From Paraspadella gotoi (taxonomy: Eukaryota > Animalia > Chaetognatha): a stretch of DNA of 13,232 bases. A program made the position numbers and the translations under genes. The stretch is from positions 1,997-15,228 of the forward strand of contig JBJCIZ010000479.1 in NCBI GenBank assembly GCA_051294375.1, written 5' to 3'. The notes below the pieces were generated by a model that saw only the letters and a program-made list of their open reading frames with translations, was not told where the DNA came from and did not search any database. Of the stretch, positions 1-9,362 are shown one piece after another; the stretch's first letter is position 1, and every line of letters begins with the position of its first letter.

Positions 1-1018
1 AGACTAGTTAGTACCTACCTTTAGCTAGATACCCATCTTCACAGGTTACCATGTACATTTTCTCACTCTGTGAGATTGTTTTCTTCTCAGGCTAGCGATG
101 TTGAGCGTTTGAGTCTTTGCCCAGACGAACTGATTAACGTGAGTTCCAAATAAGAACGTCGTGAATCAAATATTTAAACTTTTATTTTCGCAAAAACGTT
201 CATTGGAAACTCGTAAATACGAGGTTTCTTCTGGGCGATGAGTTTCTACTGAGTTCAAAAATGAGACTAAAAACAAATCAGGAAATCTCTCGCGCGCGAA
301 AATTGACCAACGCTTAATTTTGGGGACAGAGTGAGAAAGATATCAAAAAATAGGGAGGATAAGGCATAACATTCAACACACTCATCTTTCTTCTCTTTTT
401 TCTCTTTCTCTCTCTCTCTCTTTCTCTCTCTTACTCTTTTACTTGAACTGGATATAAAGTTTTGATGGAATCGTGCTAGTGGAAAAGAGTTAAAATGGAA
501 AAAAACAATGTTCACATTTTTTAAATTTTAAATTTTAAATTTAAGTTACTTTCTTTCTTTCTCTTAGTTAAAGTGATTGATTGGCTGATTGAATAGTTGA
601 TTGAAATGTTGATTGATATATTCCTTTATTGATTTATTAATAAATCTGTTATGATTTGCTATCTCTTTCTCTCTCTTTCTCTCTCTTACTCTTGCTCTCT
701 TGCATCAATGATCAATTAACAAATGTTGCATTCCTGCATCTTAAATTGATGATCATGAATTGACGATCGTAACCTGACGATTATTAATTATAGATTTTGA
801 ATTAAAAATTGGAAATTAAAAAAAATTATTTCACAATCTGAAATTCATTAATTGTAATTGATGAATTAAAAATATTGAATTGATGATCTTAAATAAACAA
901 TAATAATAAAAAATAAATATTAAAAATAAAATAAAATATTTTTTTTAAAAAGATAAGATTCTTTATAATTATTCATCTGATTAGTGGCTTACTGCTAAAT
1001 TATCGTGGGCAAATCCGA

Positions 1019-1020
<2 letters not shown>

Positions 1021-1052
<32 letters not shown>

Positions 1053-1185
1053 TCTAATTCATCCAAAAGGAGTTGATCTCTGCAGCGGCTTAAAGTTACG
1101 AATCTCTTTCTCTCTCTGTTTCTCTCTTTCTTTCTCTTATGATTATTCCAAAAGGAGTTGAACTCTGCATAGGCGTAAAGTTACG

Positions 1186-1219
<34 letters not shown>

Positions 1220-1322
1220 AATTAGTCCAAAACGAGTTGAACTCCGCAGCGGCTGATAGTTACGCATCTCTTATTCTCTCTCTCTCTTTCTTTTTCTCTC
1301 TCTCTTTTTCTCTCTCTCTCTT
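1021..1322. repeat. Composite tandem repeat: 3 copies of a ~50-bp core separated by (CT)n tracts, period ~80-85 bp
   Basis: The core taattcatccaaaaggagttgatctctgcagcggcttaaagttacgaatctct, with substitutions, recurs at ~1055, ~1141 and ~1218. Each copy is followed by CT microsatellite. Confidence 0.85.
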
Positions 1323-1324
1323 TC

Positions 1325-1347
1325 GTCGCCTTCGGCAACTTCGTAGT
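1325..1347 (+). mobile_element. Possible Helitron-like 3' terminus (hairpin followed by GTAG|T)
   Basis: Hairpin gtcgcc-ttc-ggcaac (1325-1339, one mismatch) is followed by ttcgtag|t at the end of the repeat block. The canonical Helitron end is CTRR|T, so the match is imperfect. Confidence 0.3.
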
Positions 1348-2361
1348 TAATAGAGAGATTATATAGAATATAAAAATTTTGGATTTACATAAACTAGTCT
1401 ACTTGCAAGTCAGTTTTCTTTCTTAAAACTAAAAACCGCAAAAAAACCGCAACAGGGGGTTATGTAGGACTAAGCTCTGACAAAAAAAGGCAGAGGTTTT
1501 TATCGAGCCTTGACCGGCGAAGCCGGGTCAGGCGTCTATAATGACTTTTAGTTGCTCTTTTTGACATTCTTCGTCGATTAGGTTCGTCGTCGATCGTCCG
1601 TCGTCACGCGTTTGTTATATAAAACTACTACGCTTTTATAGTTTGAGCTGATGACTACCGTTTTTTTAAATAAAAATTATTATGTATTTGATAAAGTTTC
1701 AAAAGTGTGCATCAAGAATAAAAAAAATTAGATACTGGCTTCTCATTTTGAAATTAGCTTTGATATTATCTTATTACACCTTTGGAATTAAGTATTTTTT
1801 TGTTTTGAATGTCCAACGTCCATATATGAGTTTACGGCAATATGCAAAAGAGTATCATATTAAAGTCAAATGTAGCTATTTATAAAGGTCAATAGTATAG
1901 AAATGTATTAATTATTTCAATATTAGGATATATGTGTTGAAGATGAAATTCAAAAATTTTGTTAATCTTAAAAGAATGAGAAGGCTATATGGTTAATGGT
2001 TAATACAATAAAATACAAATCTTTTACAAGCTGCATTTGGAAAAAATTGGAAAATTTGCCAATTGTAAACTTGTACATTTTTGCCTTTTTTTTTGATTCT
2101 TTAAATTTATATATGATTGTTTTCTTTTTTTTCTTTTTTATCTTGTTTTTTGGTATTAATAAAGAAAAAAAACAAAAAAAAATTAGAGACGAGTAAGGCT
2201 CTGCAGTGACTGTACGCGGCCTTCAGCGCTGTTTCAGCTTTGTCTCTCTTTCCTCTCTTTTTCTTCTGTACCAATCTCATGCCTTGATCGTTCATTTTTT
2301 AAAAATTCTGCATTATTTTTTTTCTTCTTAAACTTTTATTATCGCCATTATTCTCGCTTTC

Positions 2362-2542
2362 AATACAAAATCCTAACTTTAATCGAGATTTTCCTGGAAT
2401 ACAATTTAGAAAAAAAGTCGAAGAATAATTTATAACGAGTTCGCTCTATCAGCGTCTGTTCAGCCTTTTTTCTCTCTCTCTCTCTATTCTCTTCTCTTCC
2501 TTTCTCTCTATACTCTCTCTTTCTCTCTCTCTCTCTCTATCT

Positions 2543-2574
<32 letters not shown>

Positions 2575-3425
2575 CCTTTCTCTCTCTCTCTCTCTCCTAT
2601 TTTTTTTTTAGTCAACTTTTTTTTTCCACCACCGTCACTTGGCGCCGACGTGAAACGATGGGTAAACGAGTTCCGCCCTTCTGCAGCGTCTGTTGAGCTT
2701 TTTCTCTCTCCTCTCTCTCTCGTCTCTCTCTCTCTCTCTTTCTTCTCTTTCTCTCTCTTGCGTGATCGCTGTCTGTTTTGAAAAATTATGATTATTTTTT
2801 TACTTTCTAAAAAACTCTTTATTAACGCCAATTCTTTTTCTTGATTACAAAATCCCAATTTACACTCCGAGATTTTCGTGCGATACATTTGAGAAAAAGT
2901 TGAATATAACTTATAATCGCCCATGCCAAGTCAATGAGTTTCTTGCTAATGTGAGAGGTAGGCAATATCTTCCTAAATTAAGAACATCATAAAATTTCAT
3001 CTAGATTAAATTTTTTTTAAATATGAGGAAATAAATTTTTTGATAAGTAAAAAAAATTTATGAGAAGTTCAAAATTCATTAGTCGTTAAACTGAGTAATT
3101 TTCAACTAATATATTTTGCTTAAAGAGATTATATTTTTGACCGTTATTATTGAATAATAGTTCTAGCTTTATAGCGACGAGTTTTCATTTCATACAATCA
3201 AATATCAATCTCATTACATTTTCAAGTAATATGCAAAAAAAATAAGGTTTTCAAACTCATTTGAACCTAGATGCAACAAAGACTTCAGTCTTATTTCAAT
3301 TGAAAAACAAAATAGGAAGTTAAATTGATGCTTAATCAACATCTAGATAAAACAATTTTATTTTATACGCGCCACTTTTTCATTAATACAAAATCCCAAA
3401 TTTATTTCCCGAGATTTTCGTGGAT
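2362..3425 (+). repeat. Dispersed internal repeats interleaved with (CT)n microsatellites
   Basis: tacaaaatcc...cgagattttc(c/g)tg occurs at ~2364, ~2846 and ~3387. acgagtt...cagcgtctgtt(c/g)agc occurs at ~2435 and ~2667. Long CT tracts lie at 2471-2597, 2703-2758 and 3468-3544. Confidence 0.7.
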
Positions 3426-3550
3426 TTTATTTTTTTCTTCTAAAAAATTTAATTATTATTTTATTATTCTCTCTATTTTCTCTCTCCAATCAACTCTATG
3501 TCGCCTCTCTCTCGCCTCTCTCTCTACTCTCTTTCTCTCTCTCTAATAAC

Positions 3551-3706
3551 TCATCACGTCATATGAATGACTAGCATCGCCTCATATGAATATTATCATG
3601 CATCAATGAATGACTATCATCGCATCATATTTGGTTATCATCGCTCAATCTTTCGGTTATCATCGCCATCATTTGGTATTATCGCATCAATATTTGGTTA
3701 TCATCA
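3551..3706. repeat. Degenerate minisatellite, ~20-22-bp unit (tatcatcgcatcatatttggt-like), ~7-8 copies
   Basis: Repeated atcatcgc...at(a/g)(tttggt/aatgac) units are directly visible. Confidence 0.8.
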
Positions 3707-5237
3707 ATAGTAGGCTCGATGTCCTTTATTGCTTTTAAGATTTTTTAACTATATCTTTTTACGGCAGTAGAATGATGGCAAATATTGCTATTGTTAAGTT
3801 TTAAAAAAATCTGATCATAAATATAGAAAATATTAACCAAAATCTTCAGAAAATCCACCCCTTCTTTGGGAAGATTTTCACTATAGAAGATTTTTCCCGA
3901 ATCTGACTCCCGCGTTGAAAAACACTTAGAATTCTGATTGTTAGCTCGTCTTTTTACTTTTACTGTTAAATAAAATTTCATTCAAAATGGACTAATTCAC
4001 TTTACCATGCATTGATCATATTAAATAACTAAATAAAATGTAAAGAATTTTGAGAGCCTCAGATATATGGCTATCGCTCCTGGAGATTTGAGTTTATTGT
4101 AAAATCACAACATATGTTTTCTAATAACGACGTAGACTCCTAGGTTATGTATCAGACACCACCCCAGCCATTGAATGCCTTTCGAAGTTAAATTTTGATG
4201 ATCCCTAAATATCCCGACAACTTAAAGCTGAACTTAAGGAAAATCCTGGAGGCTCATTTCATTCTAAATCACTTTGCCAACTTAATGCCACTGTATTGCG
4301 ACTTTCATTCTACAAATTAATAAAAAAATAATATGTCAACAGAAACCTTAGGGAAATAGCTGTTGATTGATTTTTAAAAATATATAGTTTTTAATAAAAA
4401 TCAGTTATTTCTGACATGATATAATGTTGTGGTAACCAAACCAGCAATCAAAAATTCAATTTGCATCGCAAAGACCGCATGAAAAGAATAATTCCGTACT
4501 AAGACAAAAAAACTAAATAACGTTTTATAGAAATGGCAAAGCAGTATAAAGACAATATATTTGTCAAAAATCAATAGAAATTGCTAAAACGATGACATGA
4601 CTTTTCCACGGTGTGGAAACACTGTGGGGCGTAGACAGACTGTTTATACACTATTTCAATAAAGACAGAGACAACGGTCAAGGAATTATTGAGAATATTA
4701 AATTCAATAAAAAATATTTTGGTCTTCCGCCAAATAAAAAATCAAATCATCAGGGACGACGAGCAACCAGTTAATGTTTCAGACCCAGCGCCACACTATC
4801 TTGAGCAGATTTTTAATTTATTTTATTTATCTTTTATTTTATTTATTTATTTACGATCTATGCATCCAATTTGGTTCTAATATTGCTATAGTTGCAGCAT
4901 TAGGCACCAGAAAAACAATGTTTTGTCTAGAATTTCTGTGTAATGCCCAAAAACTGCTTACGAGATAGTTCCAGACATAATTTACTATTTTTACGATTGC
5001 GATCAGGAAGTTTTCACAAAGAACGTTATAACAATATTAATTTTATAGAAGGCTTTGATGAACGTTTCATTTCCGAAGACAACTTAAAAGATAAGAAGGC
5101 CCTCGTGGTCTTAGATGATCAGATCAGCATCATCGACCTGAAACTCCTGCAGAGAATGATGACAAAATTATCTCACCATCGCGGAATTAACCCTCATCAT
5201 TTTATTACACAATTTATTTTATAAAAACGGTTCCATT

Positions 5238-5696
5238 GGGATTCCTCCCAACAGGATTCCTCCCAGGCGGGATTCCTCCCACGCGGGATTCCTCCCACAC
5301 GGGTTTCCTCCCACACGGGATTCCTCCCCAAGGGATTCCTCCCAATGGAATTGCTCCCACACGGGATTCCTCCCAAAGGAATTCCTCCCACACGGGATTC
5401 CTCCCAAAGGAATTCCTCCCACGCGGGATTCCTCCCACACGGGATTCCTCCCATGCGGGATTCCTCCCATGCGGGTTTCCTCCCACACGGGATTCCTCCC
5501 ATGCGGAATTCCTCCCACGCGGGATTCCTCCCATGTGGGATTCCTCCCACGCGGGATTCCTCCCACGTGGGATTCCACCCACACAGGATTCCTCCCACAC
5601 GGGATTCCTCCCATGCGGGATTCCTCCCACACGGGATTCCTCCCACGCGGGATTCCTCTCACACGGGATTCCTCCCACGCGGGATTTCTCCCACAT
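5238..5696. repeat. GC-rich minisatellite, 16-17-bp unit gggattcctcccacac/gc, ~27 copies (left terminal array of the element)
   Basis: Directly visible. It generates the spurious repetitive ORFs in all frames between 5197 and 5749. Confidence 0.95.
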
Positions 5697-5802
5697 CCAA
5701 TAGAAAAAAAACAAGTTTGAGCAAACAATGTCGGCTCTGCCTACGATAATTAAGTGGTAATAAGCTAACTTGGTCAACTTGCACAATTTAATTTTTAATT
5801 TT

Positions 5803-5992
5803 ATTTGGTCAACTGGCATAATTTTGTCAACTGACATAATTTTGTCAGCTGGCATAATTTGGTCAACTGACAAAATTTGGTCAACTGGATTAATTTGGTC
5901 AACAGGCATAATTTGGTCAACTGGCATAATTTGGTCAACCTGCAGAATTTGGTCAACTGGCATATTTTTGTCAATTGGCATAATTTGGTCAA
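5803..5992. repeat. 18-bp minisatellite atttggtcaactggcata, ~10.5 copies, followed by (aatc)n and (ag)n
   Basis: Directly visible. One further degenerate unit lies at ~5769-5786. Confidence 0.95.
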
Positions 5993-6166
5993 TCAATCAA
6001 TCAATCAATCAGAGAGAGATGGAGAAAAACTTTAAAAAATTCAAATAAATGTGTTTTTTGGTTTTCTAATTTGAACTTATTTCCACAACTACAATTACAT
6101 CAAAAAATTTATATCCAGCTTTATCCCATACTTTCCTACCCACACACAAAATTTTATTTTAATGAA

Positions 6167-6839
6167 NNNNNNNNNNNNNNNNNNNNNNNNNNNNNNNNNN
6201 NNNNNNNNNNNNNNNNNNNNNNNNNNNNNNNNNNNNNNNNNNNNNNNNNNNNNNNNNNNNNNNNNNNNNNNNNNNNNNNNNNNNNNNNNNNNNNNNNNNN
6301 NNNNNNNNNNNNNNNNNNNNNNNNNNNNNNNNNNNNNNNNNNNNNNNNNNNNNNNNNNNNNNNNNNNNNNNNNNNNNNNNNNNNNNNNNNNNNNNNNNNN
6401 NNNNNNNNNNNNNNNNNNNNNNNNNNNNNNNNNNNNNNNNNNNNNNNNNNNNNNNNNNNNNNNNNNNNNNNNNNNNNNNNNNNNNNNNNNNNNNNNNNNN
6501 NNNNNNNNNNNNNNNNNNNNNNNNNNNNNNNNNNNNNNNNNNNNNNNNNNNNNNNNNNNNNNNNNNNNNNNNNNNNNNNNNNNNNNNNNNNNNNNNNNNN
6601 NNNNNNNNNNNNNNNNNNNNNNNNNNNNNNNNNNNNNNNNNNNNNNNNNNNNNNNNNNNNNNNNNNNNNNNNNNNNNNNNNNNNNNNNNNNNNNNNNNNN
6701 NNNNNNNNNNNNNNNNNNNNNNNNNNNNNNNNNNNNNNNNNNNNNNNNNNNNNNNNNNNNNNNNNNNNNNNNNNNNNNNNNNNNNNNNNNNNNNNNNNNN
6801 NNNNNNNNNNNNNNNNNNNNNNNNNNNNNNNNNNNNNNN
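6167..6839. other. Assembly gap (673 N)
   Basis: Run of N. The right flank resumes inside the inverted 17-bp array, which is consistent with a repeat-induced gap. Confidence 0.99.
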
Positions 6840-7179
6840 TGGGAGGAATCCCGTGTGGGAGGAATACCACAGCCACCTATAAAAACATTCCAAACTTTAC
6901 TATAGTTTCTTGGAATACACATATAAATATACTATTGCAAAAAATGAGGGATAGAATGGGCATAACGACCTTAGCAAGGCAGCTGTTCCCTGACTGATAT
7001 TCTTTTTTTATGGACTCTTACGATGACGCTTGCAAGGATTCTTACCAGCATTTATTAATCAATTCTTCTCCAAGAGTGTCCCATTCTTGTCGTCTCCGCG
7101 CCAACATCCTCCCATCCCACAAGACTGTTCCCTTCATCTATTTAGAGGGAGAAAAGTACGATAAGAAAAAAAAGAAAAA

Positions 7180-7502
7180 ATGAAATTGAAATAAATTTTT
7201 CCCATTTTAGAATACGTCGCCTTACTAACTACCAAAGAACGAAAAAATTTTATCAAAGAAGCCAATCTCAATGTCATCAAAATGATTTGCGAGATTTTAT
7301 TTAATATAAGCAAAGGTAATATTTCTATTGACCCGGACTCTCTCTAAAAATGGAAAAAGTATAAAAAGGACATAAATTTTTTATGTCGTAAGAAACCCTC
7401 CACAAATCTCGCCGGGTTCTTCAAAAGGGTCGTGGTTTGATATTAAATTCAGTTCTTTTCGCTTTAATTCCTACCCTCATTTAGTATTTATTTAAAAAAT
7501 AA
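7180..7502 (+). pseudogene. Polinton/adintovirus-like small basic virion protein pseudogene (family with a C-terminal QxG-type site and hydrophobic tail)
   Basis: MKLK*IFPILEYVALLTTKERKNFIKEANLNVIKMICEILFNISKGNISIDPDSL*KWKKYKKDINFLCRKKPS/KSRRVLQKGRGLILNSVLFALIPTLI*YLFKK*. This fits the recalled pattern (R+xxI..A...IxxICExxxNxxxGNI.....LK+YK..+RxL....QxGG-F-hydrophobic helix) of the ~100-aa gene that follows the ATPase in Polintons. Stops at 7192, 7345 and 7482, plus one frameshift near 7400. Confidence 0.7.
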
Positions 7503-7518
7503 TAATTAGTTCATTTAA

Positions 7519-7572
7519 AAAATGTACATGTTGACGTAGGAGCAGTATAATAGATTTTTAACGAATAAAAAA
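7519..7572 (+). pseudogene. Possible truncated 5' stub of the next Polinton gene
   Basis: KMYMLT*EQYNRFL starts ~20 nt after the previous stop and resembles KMxLxxxxxYxxL starts recalled from Polinton genes at this position. It is very short. Confidence 0.25.
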
Positions 7573-7784
7573 AAATATATAAAATATATAAAATAAAGTG
7601 CATTGTTATGTGTTATTTTTTATAAATTGCAAAAAACACTTGCTTTACTTCTTGGGTGCAGGAATTTGAATCCTAATTGATCTAAATTTAATACAGGTTT
7701 TTACCTAATATTTTTTTATTTGATGATCAATACAGGTGCAACATTGCAAGTTTAACTTTTTAAATATTTTTTTAAACTTTTCAG

Positions 7785-9362
7785 ACTATACTATGTCAGC
7801 TGATCAAATATCTCAAATTTCAAATGTTATTTCTTCAGCCGCAAGTCATGCTGAAAAAGATAGATCCCAAGTTTTAAACCGGGTATCTGAAGGATTAAAT
7901 AATCTTCCTAGTTCAGAAAATGTTATTAATCAGTTGAAAGAAACAAAAATTGGAGTTGGACAAAAAAAAACCCTGACTCTTGAATCTAATTCTGGTTTCA
8001 ATCGTATGGGCCTTTATAAACCTTCAGCATTGAAAATAACTGAGGATAATAAAAAAGAACCTGCTCCAAAAGCGTCGGAAAAAAACAAAGAAAATGCTCA
8101 TGTTTTTACATATTCAGCAGGCATGGGACCTGTGCTGTTAAATGGGTGCTTTGGATATGGATATAACAAAACTGATCCATGTTATAAGCTTAGAAAACCG
8201 GCTGGTTCATGTTCTAATGCTCTTGACTCTGCAGCTTTCATTGGAGTTGGTTTTGACGGACGAGGCTTTTACAGTTCTCAGAGCAGAAAAATGACTCTAA
8301 TTCAATATAAATGTACCCAAAGACAAATGTTTCTGAAGTCTCAACTACCAGATATTTTAAATGCTTTTGGAATTTATAATATGAACTCAGAAACAAGATG
8401 TTTTACTTCTACTAAAAATTATAAGCAGTATCTAGCAGAAAAATCCCAGGTTGCATCTCAAAAAGGAATGTTTCAAGAGGAATTGAATAAATATGCTGAA
8501 GGAAATGCTGCAGCCGGAGATCTTGCAACTGTTGGTACCCTTGCTGGAGCTGGAGTTGGCGCTTATGCAAGCGGAGGAAATCCAGAAGTTATATCAGCCT
8601 CTGCAGATGCTGGTAAAACAGTTGGAGAAAGTATGAAATTTGGTGAGGGAGAAGGAAAAGGTCAATCAAATACAAAAAATAAACAGAACACCCAAGGAAA
8701 AAATGAAGAAAAATCTGAAAACAGTGAGAAAACACGTATAAGTAATTCCTATTTTGCTATATTATTTATAAATGTAGCCCTATATGAAATAACAATTGAT
8801 AATGTAACTCCAGATTCGATCTCAGAAGCATTCTTAAGGGACTTTCTGGATTTACCTGAATCCTATTTTTCATTAGAAGCAACTATTAAGTATCAGGATT
8901 TTTTGTTAAGATATGGAACACATTATGTTTACAGCGCAGTATTTGGAGGTCAATTAAAAATTGTTAAAAGCTCTAAATCCGAAAAAAAAATGGATATGGA
9001 AGAGTTCTCTAAAATAGCTGAAAAAGAATACAGGGCATTAACAAACACACTCTCTGGCGACGTTGATCAACAAAAAAAAGGTGCCACTGTAATGGGAACT
9101 GGTGAAGAGAAGACCTCAGCAGAAAAAAATCAACAAGTTAATGTTCAAAAATCAAATGAATATACAGGAAATCAACAAAAAAATGGAAGACAGGAAGAAA
9201 GCCAATCCCAATTTACAGAAACTACTGTTGAGTCAGAGGGTGGAAATCCCTCTATTTCAAAGGCATTGTTTGATTTTTATACTCCATCTTTTAAATATCT
9301 TTTTGGAGATTGGGTTGATTCAATATCAGAATACAATAAACCTTTTAGTTTTACGTTTAGAG
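7785..9362 (+). CDS. Large coding exon of a MACPF (membrane attack complex/perforin) domain protein; gene incomplete in this window
   Basis: Open frame 7736-9370 carries the MACPF signature YGTHYVYSAVFGG (8912-8950), an upstream GxGFD motif (FIGVGFDGRG), LYEI...FLRDFLDLP...YQDFLLRYGTH, and a downstream EGG...WVDSISEYNKP. Acceptor ttttttaaacttttcag| ends at 7784 and donor AG|gtaact starts at 9363, just before the in-frame stop. An in-frame ATG at 7793 is an alternative start but is not followed by a signal peptide. Confidence 0.9.

Larger units (their letters stand above)
1497..3746 (+). mobile_element. Helentron-associated non-autonomous element (HINE / DINE-1 / pearl-like)
   Basis: 5' end: T-run, subterminal IR atcgagcct (1502-1510), hairpin tgaccggc-gaa-gccgggtca (1511-1530), then a (cgt)/(gtcc)-like microsatellite at ~1585-1606. 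3' end: tandem array (3551-3706), then the matching inverted copy aggctcgat (3712-3720) and a T-rich tail. The interior may include nested insertions. Confidence 0.6.
5229..6877. mobile_element. Foldback/Mutator-like non-autonomous DNA transposon with tandem-repeat inverted termini and a 9-bp TSD
   Basis: Perfect direct repeat tataaaaac at 5220-5228 and 6878-6886. The left end ggttccattgggattcctccca aligns with the reverse complement of the right end, ggtggctgtggtattcctccca. The 17-bp array at the left reappears inverted at 6840-6870. The interior is partly hidden by the N gap. Confidence 0.8.
4852..7183 (+). pseudogene. Polinton/Maverick (adintovirus-like) A32/FtsK-type DNA-packaging ATPase pseudogene, split by an insertion (segments 4852-5228 and 6887-7183)
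   Basis: Reconstructed across frameshifts: YDLCIQFGSNIAIV-AALGTRKT (decayed Walker A, 4894-4917; each missing Gly is one substitution from gga); EIVPDIIYYFYDCDQEVF; FIEGFDE; ALVVLDD (Walker B, ending 5119); KLSHHRGI/TLIILLHNLFYKN | IPNFTIVSWNTHINILLQKMRDRMGITTLARQLFPD*YSFFMDSYDDACKDSYQHLLINSSPRVSHSCRLRANILP...*. The motif order matches Polinton packaging ATPases as I recall them (SHHxN..QNLF, LARQxxP, AYxDA..YxYL, RLRTNIFP). Lesions: at least 3 frameshifts and a TGA at 6995-6997. Confidence 0.85.

Noticed and set aside
1-20. agactagttagt as a Polinton terminal (AGT)n motif
   Set aside because: Too short, at the window edge, and with no matching inverted terminus in the window.
267-3546. Short ORFs rich in ER/RE, LS or F/K runs
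   Set aside because: Translations of (CT)n/(AG)n and poly-A/T tracts, with no domain motifs.
5238-5992. CRISPR-like appearance of the repeat arrays
   Set aside because: Units are head-to-tail with only 4-5 variable bases and no unique spacers. There are no cas genes and the context is eukaryotic.
5197-6048. Many overlapping repetitive ORFs (GGIPCGRNPAWEESR, VDQIMP and similar)
   Set aside because: These are by-products of stop-free 17-bp and 18-bp minisatellites, open in several frames on both strands.
6071-6997. Long ORFs of 240-308 aa
   Set aside because: Artefacts of translating through N. Only the part from 6878 onward is meaningful, as ATPase remnant.
7736-7784. GTG start and first 16 codons of the 544-aa ORF
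   Set aside because: This is a pyrimidine-rich tract ending in cag, best read as an intron 3' end rather than coding sequence.
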